Assembly: GCA_951406725.2 (NCBI GenBank)
Contig: OX597825.1
Coordinates: 68,262,001-68,326,000, forward strand
Source: Octopus vulgaris
Taxonomy: Eukaryota
Direction: 5' to 3'
Length of the DNA stretch: 64,000 nucleotides
The notes beneath the pieces are model-generated. The model did no database searches and had not been told where the DNA came from. It was given only the letters and a program-made list of their open reading frames with translations. Position numbers and translations under genes: made by a program. The first letter of the stretch is position 1. Every line of letters starts with the position of its first letter. This document shows, one piece after another, positions 25,581 through 40,183 of the stretch.

Positions 25581-26570
25581 ATCCATCTGTATTAGTCAGT
25601 TATAACTATTGATGATTTAGTTTAGAATTCAGATACTTATGATGAACCGGTTTAGAGTCTAGATATTGCTGCAATGTTTAATTTTTGTTCATGCAATACT
25701 GATAGACCAATATTGGCTCTATATCTAATCAAAGTATTGTTGTTAGCAATAAAAGTGTTGCTATGCAAAAGGCAAGCTGTGTGAAGCATACAGGTAATGA
25801 CATGACATTGAATGTGGAATATCTGTAGAGGCCAAAAGGAGCTGATTTAACACTTATCAGAGAGAGAAAGAGTGCAGAAGGGAGCTGAGTAGTAAATGTA
25901 GCAACTAGGGTATTTATGAGAGAGGATTACATTGGAGTGGACAGGTGTAAATGGATGAGGAGTGTTTGTAAAAGTTCTTATTTGAAAGTACTTGCAGAGA
26001 GGTGGGGGCATAGAAGTGGTGGTCAGATCTTGGAACATTAGGCTACATAAACTCCATGAAAAGTGGCAATGTACTCTGCGTGTGTGTGGTGAATCTCTAA
26101 GCAGAATAAGTTATAAGTAATGATTTATTAATAACCTTTGGCGTTTCTATCAAAAGTGTTTTTAACCCACTCTTCACAAGCTGTTATTTATATATAGCCT
26201 TTATCTGCTTTGGGATTTACCATTCCAAAAAAAAGGAAAATTTTGTGTTCTAGGTTTATAAAAACAGAAACAGTTGAAAGAATAAACGGTGTATTAGTTT
26301 AATGCTCAGGAAAATAAGACATTTTGAGCATATGCTCTTCTGCAGAAAGAATGAGGAGGGAAAACAGATGGAGAGAGGGCAAAAAAAAAATGACACATGC
26401 GCATCTATCCAACCCACCTGAAAATAGGGAAATATATTAGTGGTGTGATAAATGGATTATTACTTGAATTTATAACTAATTGTTTTACAAAAATGAGTAA
26501 AAATGTTTCGGCCTAAAACCAAGTGAAGCGTTGTTGTTTTTCAGGAATGGAAATATTTCACTTGTCACAT

Positions 26571-26957
26571 TACTCTTTTACTTGTTTCAGTCATTTGACT
26601 GCGGCCATGCTGGAGCACCGCCTTTAATCGAGCAAATCGACCCCGGGACTTATTCTTTGAAATCCCAGTACTTATTCTATCGGTCTCTTTTGCCGAACCA
26701 CTAAGTGACGGGGACGTAAACACACCAGCTTCGGTTGTCAAGCAATGCTAGAGGGGCAAATACACACACACATATATATATATACATATACATATATACG
26801 ACAGGCTTCTTTCAGTTTCCGTCTACCAAATCCACTCACAAGGCATTGGTCGGCCCGGGGCTATAGCAGAAGACACTTGCCCAAGATGCCACACAGTGGG
26901 ACTGAACCCTTAACCATGTGGTTGGTTAGCAAGCTACTTACCACACAGCCACTCCTG
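26571..26957 (-). mobile_element. SINE family A, young subfamily
   Basis: Full length, CpGs intact, near-identical to 61481-61863. Confidence 0.92.
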
Positions 26958-29743
26958 TCACATGATAGAAAGCTTTATATTCTTTTGGTGGGAGAGAACA
27001 CAAGGGGGACAGGGGATGGATTTTGTGATGTTTATGCACTTTTCAAGATAGTATTATGTGAATGAAGTGTCACAATTGCATGGCAGTTATTAGCTTGCTG
27101 GTAGCTTATCTGCATTCTGTAGTATATCTTGGAATTATAGTAGTAAGACTAGTGAATTAAATGGACTAGCTTTGCTGTTAATCTCTTCTGAATTGATGAA
27201 ATAGTACCCGTAATGTAGAATTTGATCAAGTGACTGACTATATTAGAAAAATTGGTCTTGTAACTGTTTTGGTACTGTTTACTGTGAAAGATGAGTGTGA
27301 TAAACATGGCTGGCAGTTTGAATTGCAGGACTAAAGAGCTTTACTGTATTTTGACATTTCACTAAGATTTAAGGTCAGTGTAGTTGACTTTACCTTTCTA
27401 GAGATGGTAGTGCAACTACATAAGTGGCTAGTTTTAGCCAATCAGATCCAGCCATTCTTAGCGTGCTCTTGTGCACACCATTATGACTTTCTAAAAGGCA
27501 ATGTTTTTCATTTTTCCTTTTTGTGTGTGTGTGTGTGTGTGCGAGAAATTAATATTAATAATAAAACCATTACGAAACCTTTAACCATTTAGCATTCAGA
27601 TTACCCTGTCAAATGTGATGCTTACTTATTCACATTGTTTTGAACTAATTTTGAATGATCTCATAACTTTAAAATTTTAATGATGATATGATTGTAAGGT
27701 AGGTATGAGATGCTGAATATGGGAGGGCATAGAATATTTATGCTGAATATGACAGGCTTAAATGCTAAAGAGTCAAAGATGAAAAATATTTAATGAAAAT
27801 TTTGAAGTCCAACACATTAACTTGAAATAAAATTTTGTGATACACTACAAGCTAATCCCCAAATAGTTTCAATTGGTTTTTCCAGTAGCATACAAATAAC
27901 ATTAAAGTTGTGGTTTTTGTAATTAACCTGAACATCTACATCTATGAAGAATTTTCAGTTATGTTTAAAGGGGTAGTTCAAGGTAAAAAAATTTTTGTTT
28001 CTTTTTTATATGAAAGCATCTTATACTTATAATAATACTGCTTGTCACTCCGTTACTTAGTCCATCCATAACGCTTCCACATGATTAGTTGAAAGGGGAG
28101 GGAGAAGTGGTGGTGAGTGAATTGTGTAATTTTTTAAACTAAATTTTTTTTCCTTCCATTACTCAGCCCATTTGTAATGCTTTCGCATGAGAGAAAAAGA
28201 GGGTAAGGTTAAGAGGGAGAGTGTTGTGTATTAAGTCTATAAAATTGTGCGTAAAGTATATAAATTGTATATATAAAGTACATTAAGTAATCATCATATT
28301 CCAAAATCCTTCATTTTTCAATGAGTAGCAGACTAGCGACTATCTTTTGTTACAGACACAACACAGGCAATGCTTTCAGGGTTTTTTAAATAAAGTTTTC
28401 AGAAATAATACAATAAGTTTATCATTAATTCCATGAAATATTCACAGATCCTGCTAGTGATAATTCATATCTGAAGTAAATAATTTATTTACCTGGAAAA
28501 AAAAAAACTTTACATGACTTCAGCTTTATCTCTTATGATAAAATCTGTTATAAAAATTGTAACTACTTTTTGCCAAAACTAGCACTGGTCTGTCTTTTAC
28601 CAAAACAGGTTACCAGTATTTTTATCAGATTCTAGTTTTTCTCTACAATTTCAAGCTGGCAAATAAACTCTCAATGTAATGGTTTGAATCTAATGCATTT
28701 TTAAACTGTGTTCTCAAAGGCTACAAAATATTAAACTGGAATACTAAATCTCTAAACTTTCATAGGTTCACTTAAATATTTCTTTCTTTCTCACTGAACT
28801 TTTTGTTTTTCTATTCAACAAATTTGAAAGTGCTAAAGCTATAAATGCTTTTTAAAAGCTCACTGGATTTGATTGAGATTTTAACTTTCCATGTTTCAGT
28901 TTTATCAATATGCTCTCATACTAGATACAAAAATTTACCTTCAACAAATTGTACAAGGTAGCATTTGATGAGTTTTCTGATTCCTTGCCAAATTCATTTT
29001 GGGATCTTTTTCTTTTCCAAGTATATCTATAGTACAGTCTGGTTCACTTGCGTTGTAAATTTTTCATAATAAATAACTGCCTATCTTGCATTTAGTTAAT
29101 GGTTATAGAGTGGAAAAAAACTCTGTGTGTATTACCTATTATTTAATCAATTTTCTCTAAGTTTTTGTCAGTTTTATGTAATGTTTCTTGCATGGTAGTC
29201 AAGATCTGTTAACGTACAGACATCTTAATGCAAAAAAGCAGAATTCTCTGGTACCTGGCCAACTAAATGTTCTATTTTCCTGTCTTCAAACAGGTGAAAA
29301 AATATCAAAAGAAAGCACTCACATTGAGAAACAAATGTGACTGTATCTTGTTTCTTAAAGAATTTAATGAATGAAAGGAGCCAAGTGCTATTTCCCATTG
29401 AATATTATCTTGGTTCTTAATTCAATTGTTTCACATCAGAAGACATTAACAATGTTCCAGAGTAGAAATAGTCCATGTCTTATGTTGAAGCATTGGCTAC
29501 TTTTCAAGTAATGTCATGTGTTAAATACTGAAAACTAATATTAGACTCGTGAGTATTGGCTCTGCTTCTATATTTGAAGTGTGATGCTGCATCAGAATAA
29601 GAAACCATGTCATAGAGAAAGTGACAGTGTATTAATTATATAAAGGCTAATAGTGCTTGAGAAAGCAAGATCAAGTCCTAGAAGACTTAAGTTTTGTGGA
29701 CATATTAATAAAGATTCAAATTGATGGTGCTGGGTATTGTTGT

Positions 29744-30030
29744 GAGGGCACATGGCCTAGTGGTTAGGATGTTGCACTCACAATCACAAGGTTGTGGTTT
29801 CGATTCCCAGACTGGGTTATGTGTTTGTGTTCTTGAGCAAAGCACTTCATTTCACAATGTCATGCAATCATTTCAAGATCTGATGTGTGACACACTGTGC
29901 ACCCGTACAGGCAATGTTGACTTGATGGTGCTAATGTACAGCACAAACGTTTCATCACTATTAACAAATCAACTGTAGAGCTTGTTCAGCACCAAATTAT
30001 CAAACCTTCATTTGCTGTTTATGCTAGAAG
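29744..30030 (+). mobile_element. tRNA-headed SINE (different family)
   Basis: A-box tggcctagtgg and B-box gtttcgattcc, followed by a tgtgttcttgagcaaagcact SINE body; no intact cloverleaf. Confidence 0.65.
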
Positions 30031-32029
30031 AATCCACAAGAGAAGTACTGTTGACCAAATCATCTCTGCACAGTCACTCAACTTGCTATTAAAACTCTTT
30101 CAAATTGCACCCTACCATTTTAGAAGTAAAGGGCACATTAGATAATATAGTCCTAAATAAACTAACTATATCTGGAAAAAAGTGAACATGTCTGGAATGC
30201 CTTTCATCATATGCCTATTTGACCAGTAATGACCTAGAACTAAACATTAACAGATGTCACCTTGTTTAACTGATATTAGCTTGAAGCTCTTCAGACAATA
30301 ATTACTATTTTCATTAATTTTTCATTTTCGTTTTTAATATTCTTTTTCACATTAAGGCAAGTGAACTAGCTGAAGTGTTAAAACACCAAACAAAATGCTT
30401 AGTGGTATTTCTTTTGGCTCTTTGAGTTAAAATTCTGCCATGGTTGATTTTTGCCTTTCATCCTTTCAAGTACCAGTTAAGCACTGAGGTTGATATAATC
30501 AACTGGGCCTCTCCGCCAAATTCTCAGGCTTTGTACTTACAGTAGTATGGTATGTTTCGATATTAAACCATTCACTGTTTATTGAGCCGTAAATTTGTGG
30601 CTCAATCTGTCGAGCCAAACCTGGCTCTTCCTCCCGAACGTACGTAGGTAGTTATTTCTGTTTGAGACAGTGATATATTTCTATATTAGAATGGTTAAGT
30701 TTGAAAACTCATATTCGTAATTAAATATTTGTTGTTCTTGCCTATGCACACTTCTATGTTCTGCTTTCAAAAATGTTTTCTAACTTGTCTGCTTAACTGG
30801 AAGTATACAAATCATATCGGCAATCTTTTACTGAAGAAACCTTATACAAGCGGTTTCGAAATAATCCTCAACACTTCAGGCTACAGATATCATTTTCTAA
30901 TTGATAACTTGGTTTCTTAACATTACATTTTTTCATGATAACAGTTAATGATTAAAAAAAAAAAAATAATAATAATAATAATAATAATGCTTGCAAAAAA
31001 AAAAAAAAAAAAAAGTTCATCTTAAAATTCTTAGTGTTTCAGACAAGCTCTAATTTACGAAGGTGTTAAAATCGTGAAAAATTAAACGTGTGAAGCAACC
31101 AATACATAATGTACTTTTTTTTTCTCTTTTTTTTTTAACAGTTAGGCAACATCGTATCAATATAGTTTTGATTTCGTCAGAGAATACTTAGAGTTGTTGC
31201 TACTCTGTTAAAATTTTTTACAATCTATGTCAACATGAACAGACAATTTTTAAATGTTTTGCTATCCAATCTTGTGCGTAGGTAGGTAGATTGAACGTGT
31301 CATCAATGCCACTTCGGTTATATGCCAACTCTTCATCATCTCAGCACATTATTGTGAAGAGAGCAAATGTTCAAAGTTCACATTAACATTTTGTTGGAAA
31401 ATTTTCTAGATCTAAACTTAATTTTTTTAGTTAAGTTTTGGCACTGGTTATGAAGGTGGTTTTGTGGTTAAATAGTTTTGAGCTCAATTGCATTGTGTGA
31501 CAATGGTAGAGGTGTCTTCTTCCAAAAGCTTAGGATTTACCAAAATTTTTCAGATTTAATTGTGGGCAAACTGTATGGAAGCCCATAAGATATTTTTGTT
31601 TTTGGTGGGGGCAGACTTCATCTGTCATTCAGTTTAACCACCTGGCCTTGAGTGCCTTTAATGGAGTACACCTTGTTGAAAGCATTTGTGACAAGCCTCC
31701 AGTCTGAAGATAACTTTCTCCAACCAGTCATTGAATCTGCTCTTCTGACTAAACCATTAAAAAATCTCCTCATTCCTCTTTCACCCCTTTTGTTACTATA
31801 TTTCCATTGAGCTACATTGCATTTGTTTCAATTAATTTTAGTAATAATAAAGTATTTGGTAAAATATCTTGGTCATTACTAAACTGGTAATTGGAACATA
31901 AATTAACAAGGAACTTTAATGGGAAATTTTAATTTAGATCACTTTATGTTGAAGTTTGCATCATAGAAGCAGCAGCAGTTTTGGGCAGGTTGGTATCAAT
32001 AGGGTTAAGTCCTGAACCTCATGTAACCA

Positions 32030-32245
32030 TAATCCTTTCTACTATTGGCACAAGGGCTGAAATTTGGGAGGAGGGGTACCAGTTGATTACATCAACCCCA
32101 GTGCATAACTGGTACTTAATTTTTTGACCCTGAAAGGATGAAAGACAGTTGACCCCAGCAGCATTTAAACTCAGAACGTGAAGTCAGATGAAATACTGCT
32201 AAGCATTTCACCTGATGTGCTAACGATTCTGCCAGCTCGCTGCCT
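32030..32245 (-). mobile_element. SINE family B
   Basis: Reverse complement of ggcagcgagctggcagaatcgttagc...; flanked by ctcatgtaacYataa direct repeats (TSD). Confidence 0.8.
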
Positions 32246-32599
32246 TCTCATGTAACTATAAGTCAAGATGCATCATTATTTGAGACTGAAAAACATGTTG
32301 AGCACACTTTTCTCCAAGAAACAAAGTTTTGTCTCCTTTTATAAAGAACTTATCAAAAGATTTCCTGTTAACATCATATACAATTCTTACGGCTTATTGA
32401 ACATCATGTCGATGAGTTATTGGTAATGTTATTTATGAATGATTTAATAAAAAAAAAGAGAGAGAGAGGTTGAACTTGGAGAAAATAATCTGTGCTATTT
32501 TAGTGTCATTTATATACAAAAATGATGTGATAATGAGTTTTATTGATTTTGAGCAGGGGTGTGAATCAAATTGTTTCATTAAAATCTCTGAACTTGGAA

Positions 32600-32800
32600 A
32601 CAAAGTCCAGTGAGCATTTTTTTGTCAGGATGAACTGTACAACCATAAAGAATGCCTGACAACAGAGCAATTTCAACTTCGTGAAATTCGTGGAAGAGAT
32701 GAAGACATTTCTTGGAATGCAGTCTCAAATGAGAGTTGTGTAGCTTTCAAGTTATACAGAGACTTCTGGAGCACAAATTCTTCTGAGACAGGAAGTCAGT
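32600..32800 (+). mobile_element. Possible piggyBac transposase remnant
   Basis: EEMKTFLG..M.VV*LSSY/RDFWST (frameshifted) resembles EMKAFLG..MG..LPSYRDYWS. Confidence 0.45.
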
Positions 32801-34439
32801 GCCCAGGAATTGATATCTTCTAAATATATGTAAAAACTACATTCACAATGTACACCAACTGTTACACCCTATCACCAAGTTTCATCCACATCCATGTTAT
32901 AGTTACATTATTTAAACATTTACACTGAGCCAGCTGCATTTTCATAAGAATTCTCATAGGATTGGGATGTTTACATTGAGAAAAGCACCACAAGAATTTA
33001 AGAGTTACTGTTTCAACAATTGTTGTGGCATTAATAACAGCAATGAAAATCAGTTGTGCATTTTGGTCATTGTAGTAGGATAATTGGATAAAATGGTATT
33101 CTCTATATATTCTTCCTTATACCTATTAGTTAAATAAGTTTTCATTTGATTCTTCAACAACAAATCTTTTTAATATTAGCAAAAATGTTGCAGGTTATTT
33201 AATCCTTTAAATATGTGTACTTTTTGTAAAATATCGTCGTCGTGTCTGTTTTCCATGCTGGCATGAGTTGGTTTGCCAGGTGCTGGTAAGCTGAAGGGTT
33301 GCACCAAACCTTACTGTCTGCCTTGGCATGGCTTCTACAATTGGATGCCCTTCCTAATGCCAACTGCTTTACTGAGTATACTGGTACTTTTTATGTGGTA
33401 CCAGCACCAGCGAGGTCACTAGCAAGACAAGATCCCCTCAACTGAGGTGGAGAATGGTATTGAGTGAGATGGCTTTGTGCCAAGTGATGAGAGGTTAGAG
33501 TATGATAGAGTGATGGAAACTGGTGTCTTAAAGTAGAGTAGAGAAAAGGAGAGAGATGGTGAAGATGATGTTGGGGTACATATTCAAGTTACAGGGAGGG
33601 GTATATAAGTGAAGTGGTGTAAAGGATTGGTAAAAGAGAGTGAGCTGGTAAGTTTGTAAGAATAGGAGATGGTTAGAGAGAGGAATAAAAAAAGCGTTTT
33701 TGTCAAATGGGAGTACATTGATTTTGAGTGCATTTCAATTTTGAATGCAAACCCTAACATCACTGGGCATTTTAAACAAGCCAGATGCTAAGTTTAGGTA
33801 GTTGAAAGACAATAGAGCTTCTTGAAATATCTATTCTATTTTTACTCTGTAGTTTAGAAATTTTCTAAAATCTCAGAATATCCTGTATGAATAACACTTG
33901 TGAATTAATTGAACATAATTTTGTTTAATTGGTCAGATTTACTTATTCAATAACAAATTGCTTCTGTATAAATCTTTTGTTTAATTATGTGAATTATCAA
34001 AAAGTATTCATTGGTGACTTGCAAAATGATTTGCGGTTATTCCTATTGCAGACCATTTTATTGATTGCGCGAGCTGTTCTGTGTTTGCATAATTTATTAG
34101 AATATAAAATTAATAGTATATTCAGGTATATAAATATCTTCTGTATCTATACATTTTTATCTGCTTGCTTAATGCAGATTTGTGAAATTGTTTTTCATCT
34201 ATGTGAATTTTATTTATGAAACAGTTGTTTTGTTACAGCAAATGTAATTACATAAATATTTCCATCTTAAAATATAAATCCCAAACAAAAGAAAAAGTAA
34301 TCATGAGTAAAGAATGAAGAAAAAAAAATCATTTCAACACTAAGTGCATCAACCAGTCAACGGAACTTATTGAAGCAAGCCAACACATTTGCAGCATTAC
34401 TGCAGGCAATGGCAAGGCTAAAAGCATTGGAACAACCAA

Positions 34440-34990
34440 GCACCCTCAAGAACATCACCTGTCACCTTGGTAAGACAATCCACTAATGAGGACAAGAACT
34501 TTAATCAGCGGCCCAAGTGTCTCAAATGCCATGAGCCACAAGAAATGGTTCACTAGCAAGCCCTGATACTTTATGATTTTGTCCCATTTGACTACAGAAG
34601 CAGTGACCCATCTGTTTACTGCAACATCTAGGATGTGGAAGGGATCAAAGGAATTACTGACTGGTGTTCCATATGAAGCACCTACCTCTTACCCAGGGAC
34701 AAAATGTAAGACTATCTGGTTTCTTCCCATTACTTCTGAATAATCCCACTGGTTTCAGAACAGAGAGGATACTTACCCCAACTAGGGAGTGCTTAATGAT
34801 CAGTTTTAGGTTGGTGTGACAGGTGAAACACTCAGCATTTAGGTGGCAAAACAAACCATGAAAGTCCGTGGAGTCAAGGGGCCTACCGTGGCAACAGCTC
34901 AGACCCCCCACACACACACACATGTCGGCTCCCACTGAGTGCAGTGGCTAGGCAGGGCATCAACCCAATCCCCCAAGTATTTTTCACTTG
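34440..34990 (-). mobile_element. Decayed RLE-type (CRE/NeSL/Hero-like) non-LTR retrotransposon C-terminus
   Basis: C.HGRPLD..HGLFC..CH.NL.LII..SL..SVLKPVGLFRSNGKKPDSLTFCPWVRGRCFIWNT resembles the CCHC knuckle plus EPxGLxRxDGKRPDG..PW..G..WDxT endonuclease motif. Confidence 0.7.
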
Positions 34991-37900
34991 CAGAAAGTAG
35001 GTGACATTTTGAAAATTAATCAGATTGGTCAATGAGAGAGTTGAAGGTGTCACTCAAATGCAGATTGTCTCCTGCTCTCTACTTCTGCTTATCCTCATCT
35101 GTATCTGGAACCGACAAACCCACCTCTCTCCACTGTAGCAGAACTTCATCCATCTCCCTGTTGGAAAGGATGTTGCCTACCAAAGGAGAGCAAGCATGGC
35201 TGGAGGAAAGATAGAGAGACAAGCACTTACACAGATCCAGATCCCCAAACTATTTAGGCAAAGCCTGGTTGCAGGATTCTGGAGAGCTTGACAATTGACC
35301 AAACATTCAAGTCTCCTGAAGATTGTCATCAAAGCATTGGAGAGACAATGAAAATCTATAAAAAGGACTATGGAAATTCTTAACTTAAAATGGTCAGAAT
35401 GTTTTATATTGAACACTCCTTTTTTTACCATATTTCTGTTGAATTACACTGCTTTTGTTTCAGATAATTCTGAAAATAATGAACAATTTTCTAAATGAAC
35501 TTGTCATTATTAAGCTGGAGCATATAATGTAAATTAACATGGAAGGTTTTAATTTAATTCACTTTAAAAACAGGAAGTTTATATCATAGAATCAGGCAGC
35601 TTGGAATGAAGGTTAAGAAGTTAGGTTTCCGCCTTATCTAGTATCATTTAGAAGGTGGTTATAGCTTCTCATTGTAGATTAGCTATCACTTGTATTGTTC
35701 ATTAGTTAAATGGGCTGCCAAAATATATGAACTTAGCCTTTCAATTTCATTGACATTTTAATTATCTTTGGCATTAAAGCATGTGATATCCATTTATGTG
35801 TGTTAACTCACCTTACATTTATGTAGTCTAAAAATAGCATCATTAATAATTCTTGCCAGATGTGTAAATTTACCCTACTAAGCTAAGCCATGTTTAGCAG
35901 GGTCAGTTGTAATGATGTTGTTTACATGAAACATCTGCAAGAAATTTAACTTAAAAAGTTTTATAACAAAGGTTTTGATTTTTTAAATGTCTTTAGGAAA
36001 TTTTACAATAACACGATACAGTGAAAGATGTATTTATAGTGTTAATTTTTGGTGTTGACCTTTATTTTTTTTTAAAGCTAGTACATATACCAAAACCTAC
36101 AGTGTCATTTTAAGCCCTTCATTAATGAATTTATTATGAAAATACACTTCATATGTGCTAAAATAAAGAACTTGGTGTTGTAAAACAATTGACTTTTTTT
36201 CTTAATATTTAAAACACACCAGAAGTTTCTCACATTAGTCTTATTGCAGAATTTTTGTTTCAAAGCTATTCAAGTTACAAGGAAGTGCAAGGAAATTTAG
36301 TGAAACATAAAAATTATTTGGATTTTGTTTAAATGACCATGCAAAATTAGTAATTAGCTGATATTCAACTGGGATGTATAAATGAATTGTAGTATAGAAT
36401 TATGCACATTATTTTCAAGTGAACTTGAGTGAAAATTATAGCAGGTGCATTATAAAAGTCAACACAAAATACTGGAATTTATCTAGATACTTTAAGAAAA
36501 TGAAAAATGAAACAAATTGGCACAATACTCACAGATTCTTTAATATAAATGGATTTGTCACTGGGCCTTATTAGTAAAATTAAAATTGAAAATGTGGTAG
36601 ATGTGAAAATAAAATTTTATATTTCATATATACACAAATTAAGTAACATTTCTTCCATAGAAAGTTATTTCAGTTGACTACTAGTGTTCTGTTGAATTAC
36701 ATTCTTGGCACAGTCTTGCATACTGATTCATCCATTTACAAACTGCTATTTTCTATCGTCTTGTTTACAAATGGAGAGAAAATATGACTCTTCTCTGTGC
36801 AATGCATTTGCTAAAAACATTTTCTTTAAACCATTAGATTCTTTAAATGTTTTTATATTCAGTTAATATCCTTTTTGTATTATAGAAGTGATTAAATTTA
36901 GACAGTATCCTACCCAAGGCCATGCTGACTTACACCATCACCTCTTCACAAAAGCTAAAACCACAGTAGTACCCAGTGTTTACCTTGAAGCCTCACTACT
37001 TCCATATTACCTTGTGGGCTTTCTTGACATATGGCTGGAAAATGTATCCAATTCTTATACCTTTCTATCCATCTTGTCAATAGACAGGCTTTTTTCTTTC
37101 ATAGTAATAAGAATTAAATGTCCTTTATACAGTTTCCATGTGATGTCTTATTTTAAATAAAGGGTCCTAATATTCTTTATGTACTAGTGTACTGCTACTG
37201 CCTCATACATACAGATGCTAGCAGCTTCAAAAACTGCATTCTGGCCATGCTGTTGGAAACCTAGTGTCATCAAAGGGTTTAGTTCTGCTTAAGTAATTGG
37301 TAATCTTGAGTAGATTCTTAACATTTACTGCAGAAAGTGTCTGAATTTTATTCAGGATGTACAAGACTAAGTTTGTCTTCCTTTTGTTCATGTTCTGTGG
37401 AGTAATTTTATTTCTGCAATTATTGTTGGAAACAATTCAGTGAGGAAAGAAAAAAAATAATAAAAGAATTGATGGATTTCAAGTCTTTGAGAAGGTTGAT
37501 TGGGTCTGGTTTCTGCTGAAACTTTTCAAAGAGAAATATTTTTATAAATTTTTTTATTCTATTTTGACTTCAGGAAAAAAATTCTTGCTTACAATGTTAA
37601 TGTGGAAACTGAAATATCTGACTTGAATACAATCAACACTTGATTACACATATTACCTTTTCCTTTTGCTACCATTGATTTTTTTTCTTTTGAAAATTCT
37701 TTGGATTTGGAGTCTACAACTAAAAAGAAAGCTACTATTTGTTTCAAGAGAAAAAAATGTTTTAGTAAAGATAATGATGTAGAAAAATGAACAAAACAAC
37801 TAGAGCACAAATATGAATAGGTAACTACAGGCAGTATCAAGTAGGTTAGTAATTTAGGAGTGGATTGGTAATAAAAGGGTCAATATTTCATACAGGAATA

Positions 37901-40152
37901 TCCTCTTCCTCCTCCTCTTGTGCATATATTATGATGAAATTGTCTTATAATTGAAAGTGTTTTATTTACAAAACAAAAACAAAATTTGGAGTCTACAGGT
38001 TCAGCAAACTACAGCCTTCAATTTGATTTAAATATGTGGAAGGCATCTGAGACATCAATGTTAGGACAATATTCATCCTCAACAGATTCACATCATTTAA
38101 TATTCACTTTTCCATGCTTGCATAGGTCAAATGGGATTTTGTTGAGGCAGATTTTATATAGCCAGGTGCTCTTCCTATCAACAAATCTCACCTGTTTGTG
38201 AGATATTTTCTCAATACCAGACATGTCTCAGAGGATTGGAAGCAAAGGACACCACTTATATGGTAGTTTCACACATGCACGCATACATGATGAGCTTCTT
38301 TCACTTTCCATCTACCAAATCCATTCACAAAACTTTTGGTTGACCCAGGATCTTCCATTATAATGGAAGATACTTATCCAAATTGCCATGCAGTGGAACT
38401 GGACTTGAAACTTTGTGATTGGGAAGTAAACTTCTTTACCACAGAGCCATGCCTGCACCTTTGCATGGACTCAGATAACCATAACAAGGATTGTAAGAAC
38501 CAACTGCCAATCCTTCAAACAAACAATATCATAACATCTGTTGTATTGGAATTCAATATTTGCTCTATCTAAACTATTGAGTCTAGCTCTTTGTATCAGT
38601 TAAAGCAATCATTATGGGCTTACAACAATGGGCATAAAACATTTTGTGCCAATAAATCAGCATTGTCAACTGAGGAATACATTCCTGTGAAACCTGTATC
38701 TACTCATAAAAATGGAATAGACAGAATTAATATTTCATGTGATTCTATTTTACTGTAAAAAAAAAAAAAAAAGTCTGATACAGAATAATGAAATAATGTG
38801 TGTGCGTACTGCACCTGAACTGAAGACAGTTTCATGATAGAGGAATTGAAATATTTAGAATATTAAAAAATACATTTAGTATTAATACTCAGGAAATTTT
38901 AAATTTAACAATTTTACAGCATGAAGTGTCTATGTCTCTCTTTCTCTCCCTGTTCCTGCCTCTTTTGTTAGTAGTTAGAATATAAGAAATTATCCTGATT
39001 GTGTGTGCGTGGGTTAATCACTATTCCTTCATGCTTTATTTCTCCTGCTTATTCTAATCTTGTGCAGTGATTGGATGTGAGCTCTGCAAACCATTGAACT
39101 ACTCTTGTATTGTTACTTGTCGAGTCTTATTGCTTTTACTCTTTTTTTCTTTTCTTTCTTTCTCGATTCCATAAAAATAGCATAATATAAGGAGACGAAC
39201 ATTAAGAATAAGAAATATGACTTTTGTCTGGTGAAGTCAAGCAATTTGAAATTGCGTAATAATAAAGACATTTTTATCTCTTACAAGCTACAACCCATCT
39301 TAACTTTTGAGTCAAGTGTATTCTAAGATTTGTATTAGCAGCAAAGATTTTACAGTGGTTGGCTAAATAAACAATTTTAGACAAGTAGTTCATTTTAAAT
39401 ATTCTATTTAGAATTCTCATTCCTTAATATATTCACACAAACCACAGTTTTCAAACTCCATACGAAAGCCAAATGGAACACTGACAAATTAATACATTAT
39501 ACTCATTTTTTCCCCCCTCCTTGCACATAATTTAAAGATTGTTTGGTATTTCCTTTTCTTGTGTTTGTGGTATTTTTTTTTACAAAGGTTCTAAGCTTTG
39601 AATGCTGTAAAGTAACACAGGCGTACGTGCTGGTATATTTACTGAGCAACGGAAGGTTGCTTTCTCAACAATTGTACTTTAACATATCACACAGTATATT
39701 TGCTCTACTAAATAGTTGTTGCGATGGAGATATTACACACGCATTTATGGGTTAGGAGGTGGGGAGGGGGAGCAGTTGTCTAAGAACAAAGACAGAATCT
39801 GGTGGCTTTTTTGTTTTTTCATTTTTAGGAAACCACTACTCTTTTAAGTTGTTGACTGTACATCATGGAGAGTGATTGATTAGATTTTAAGTGAATCAAG
39901 TTACAGATGTCTGTGGCAGTTAAATATTTATTATATTGCATCCTATTATCAAGTATCAAGTTAAAAATCCTGTTTATTACAGAGGCCAATGAAATTAAAG
40001 AGAAGTAATCTTTGAGAATAAGCATTGCAGATTGGCTAGTAGGTCTAGTAAAGTGATTCAGTGGGTTTCTGTTTTGTATAATTGTAGTCATTTCTCTTAC
40101 ATTTCTATAATTTAGGAATTTGTTAGTTTTGGGAATGATGCCTAAGTAGGTT

Positions 40153-40183
<31 letters not shown>

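Noticed and set aside
29744-29820. tRNA gene
   Set aside because: A and B boxes are present but the acceptor stem is broken and a SINE body follows.
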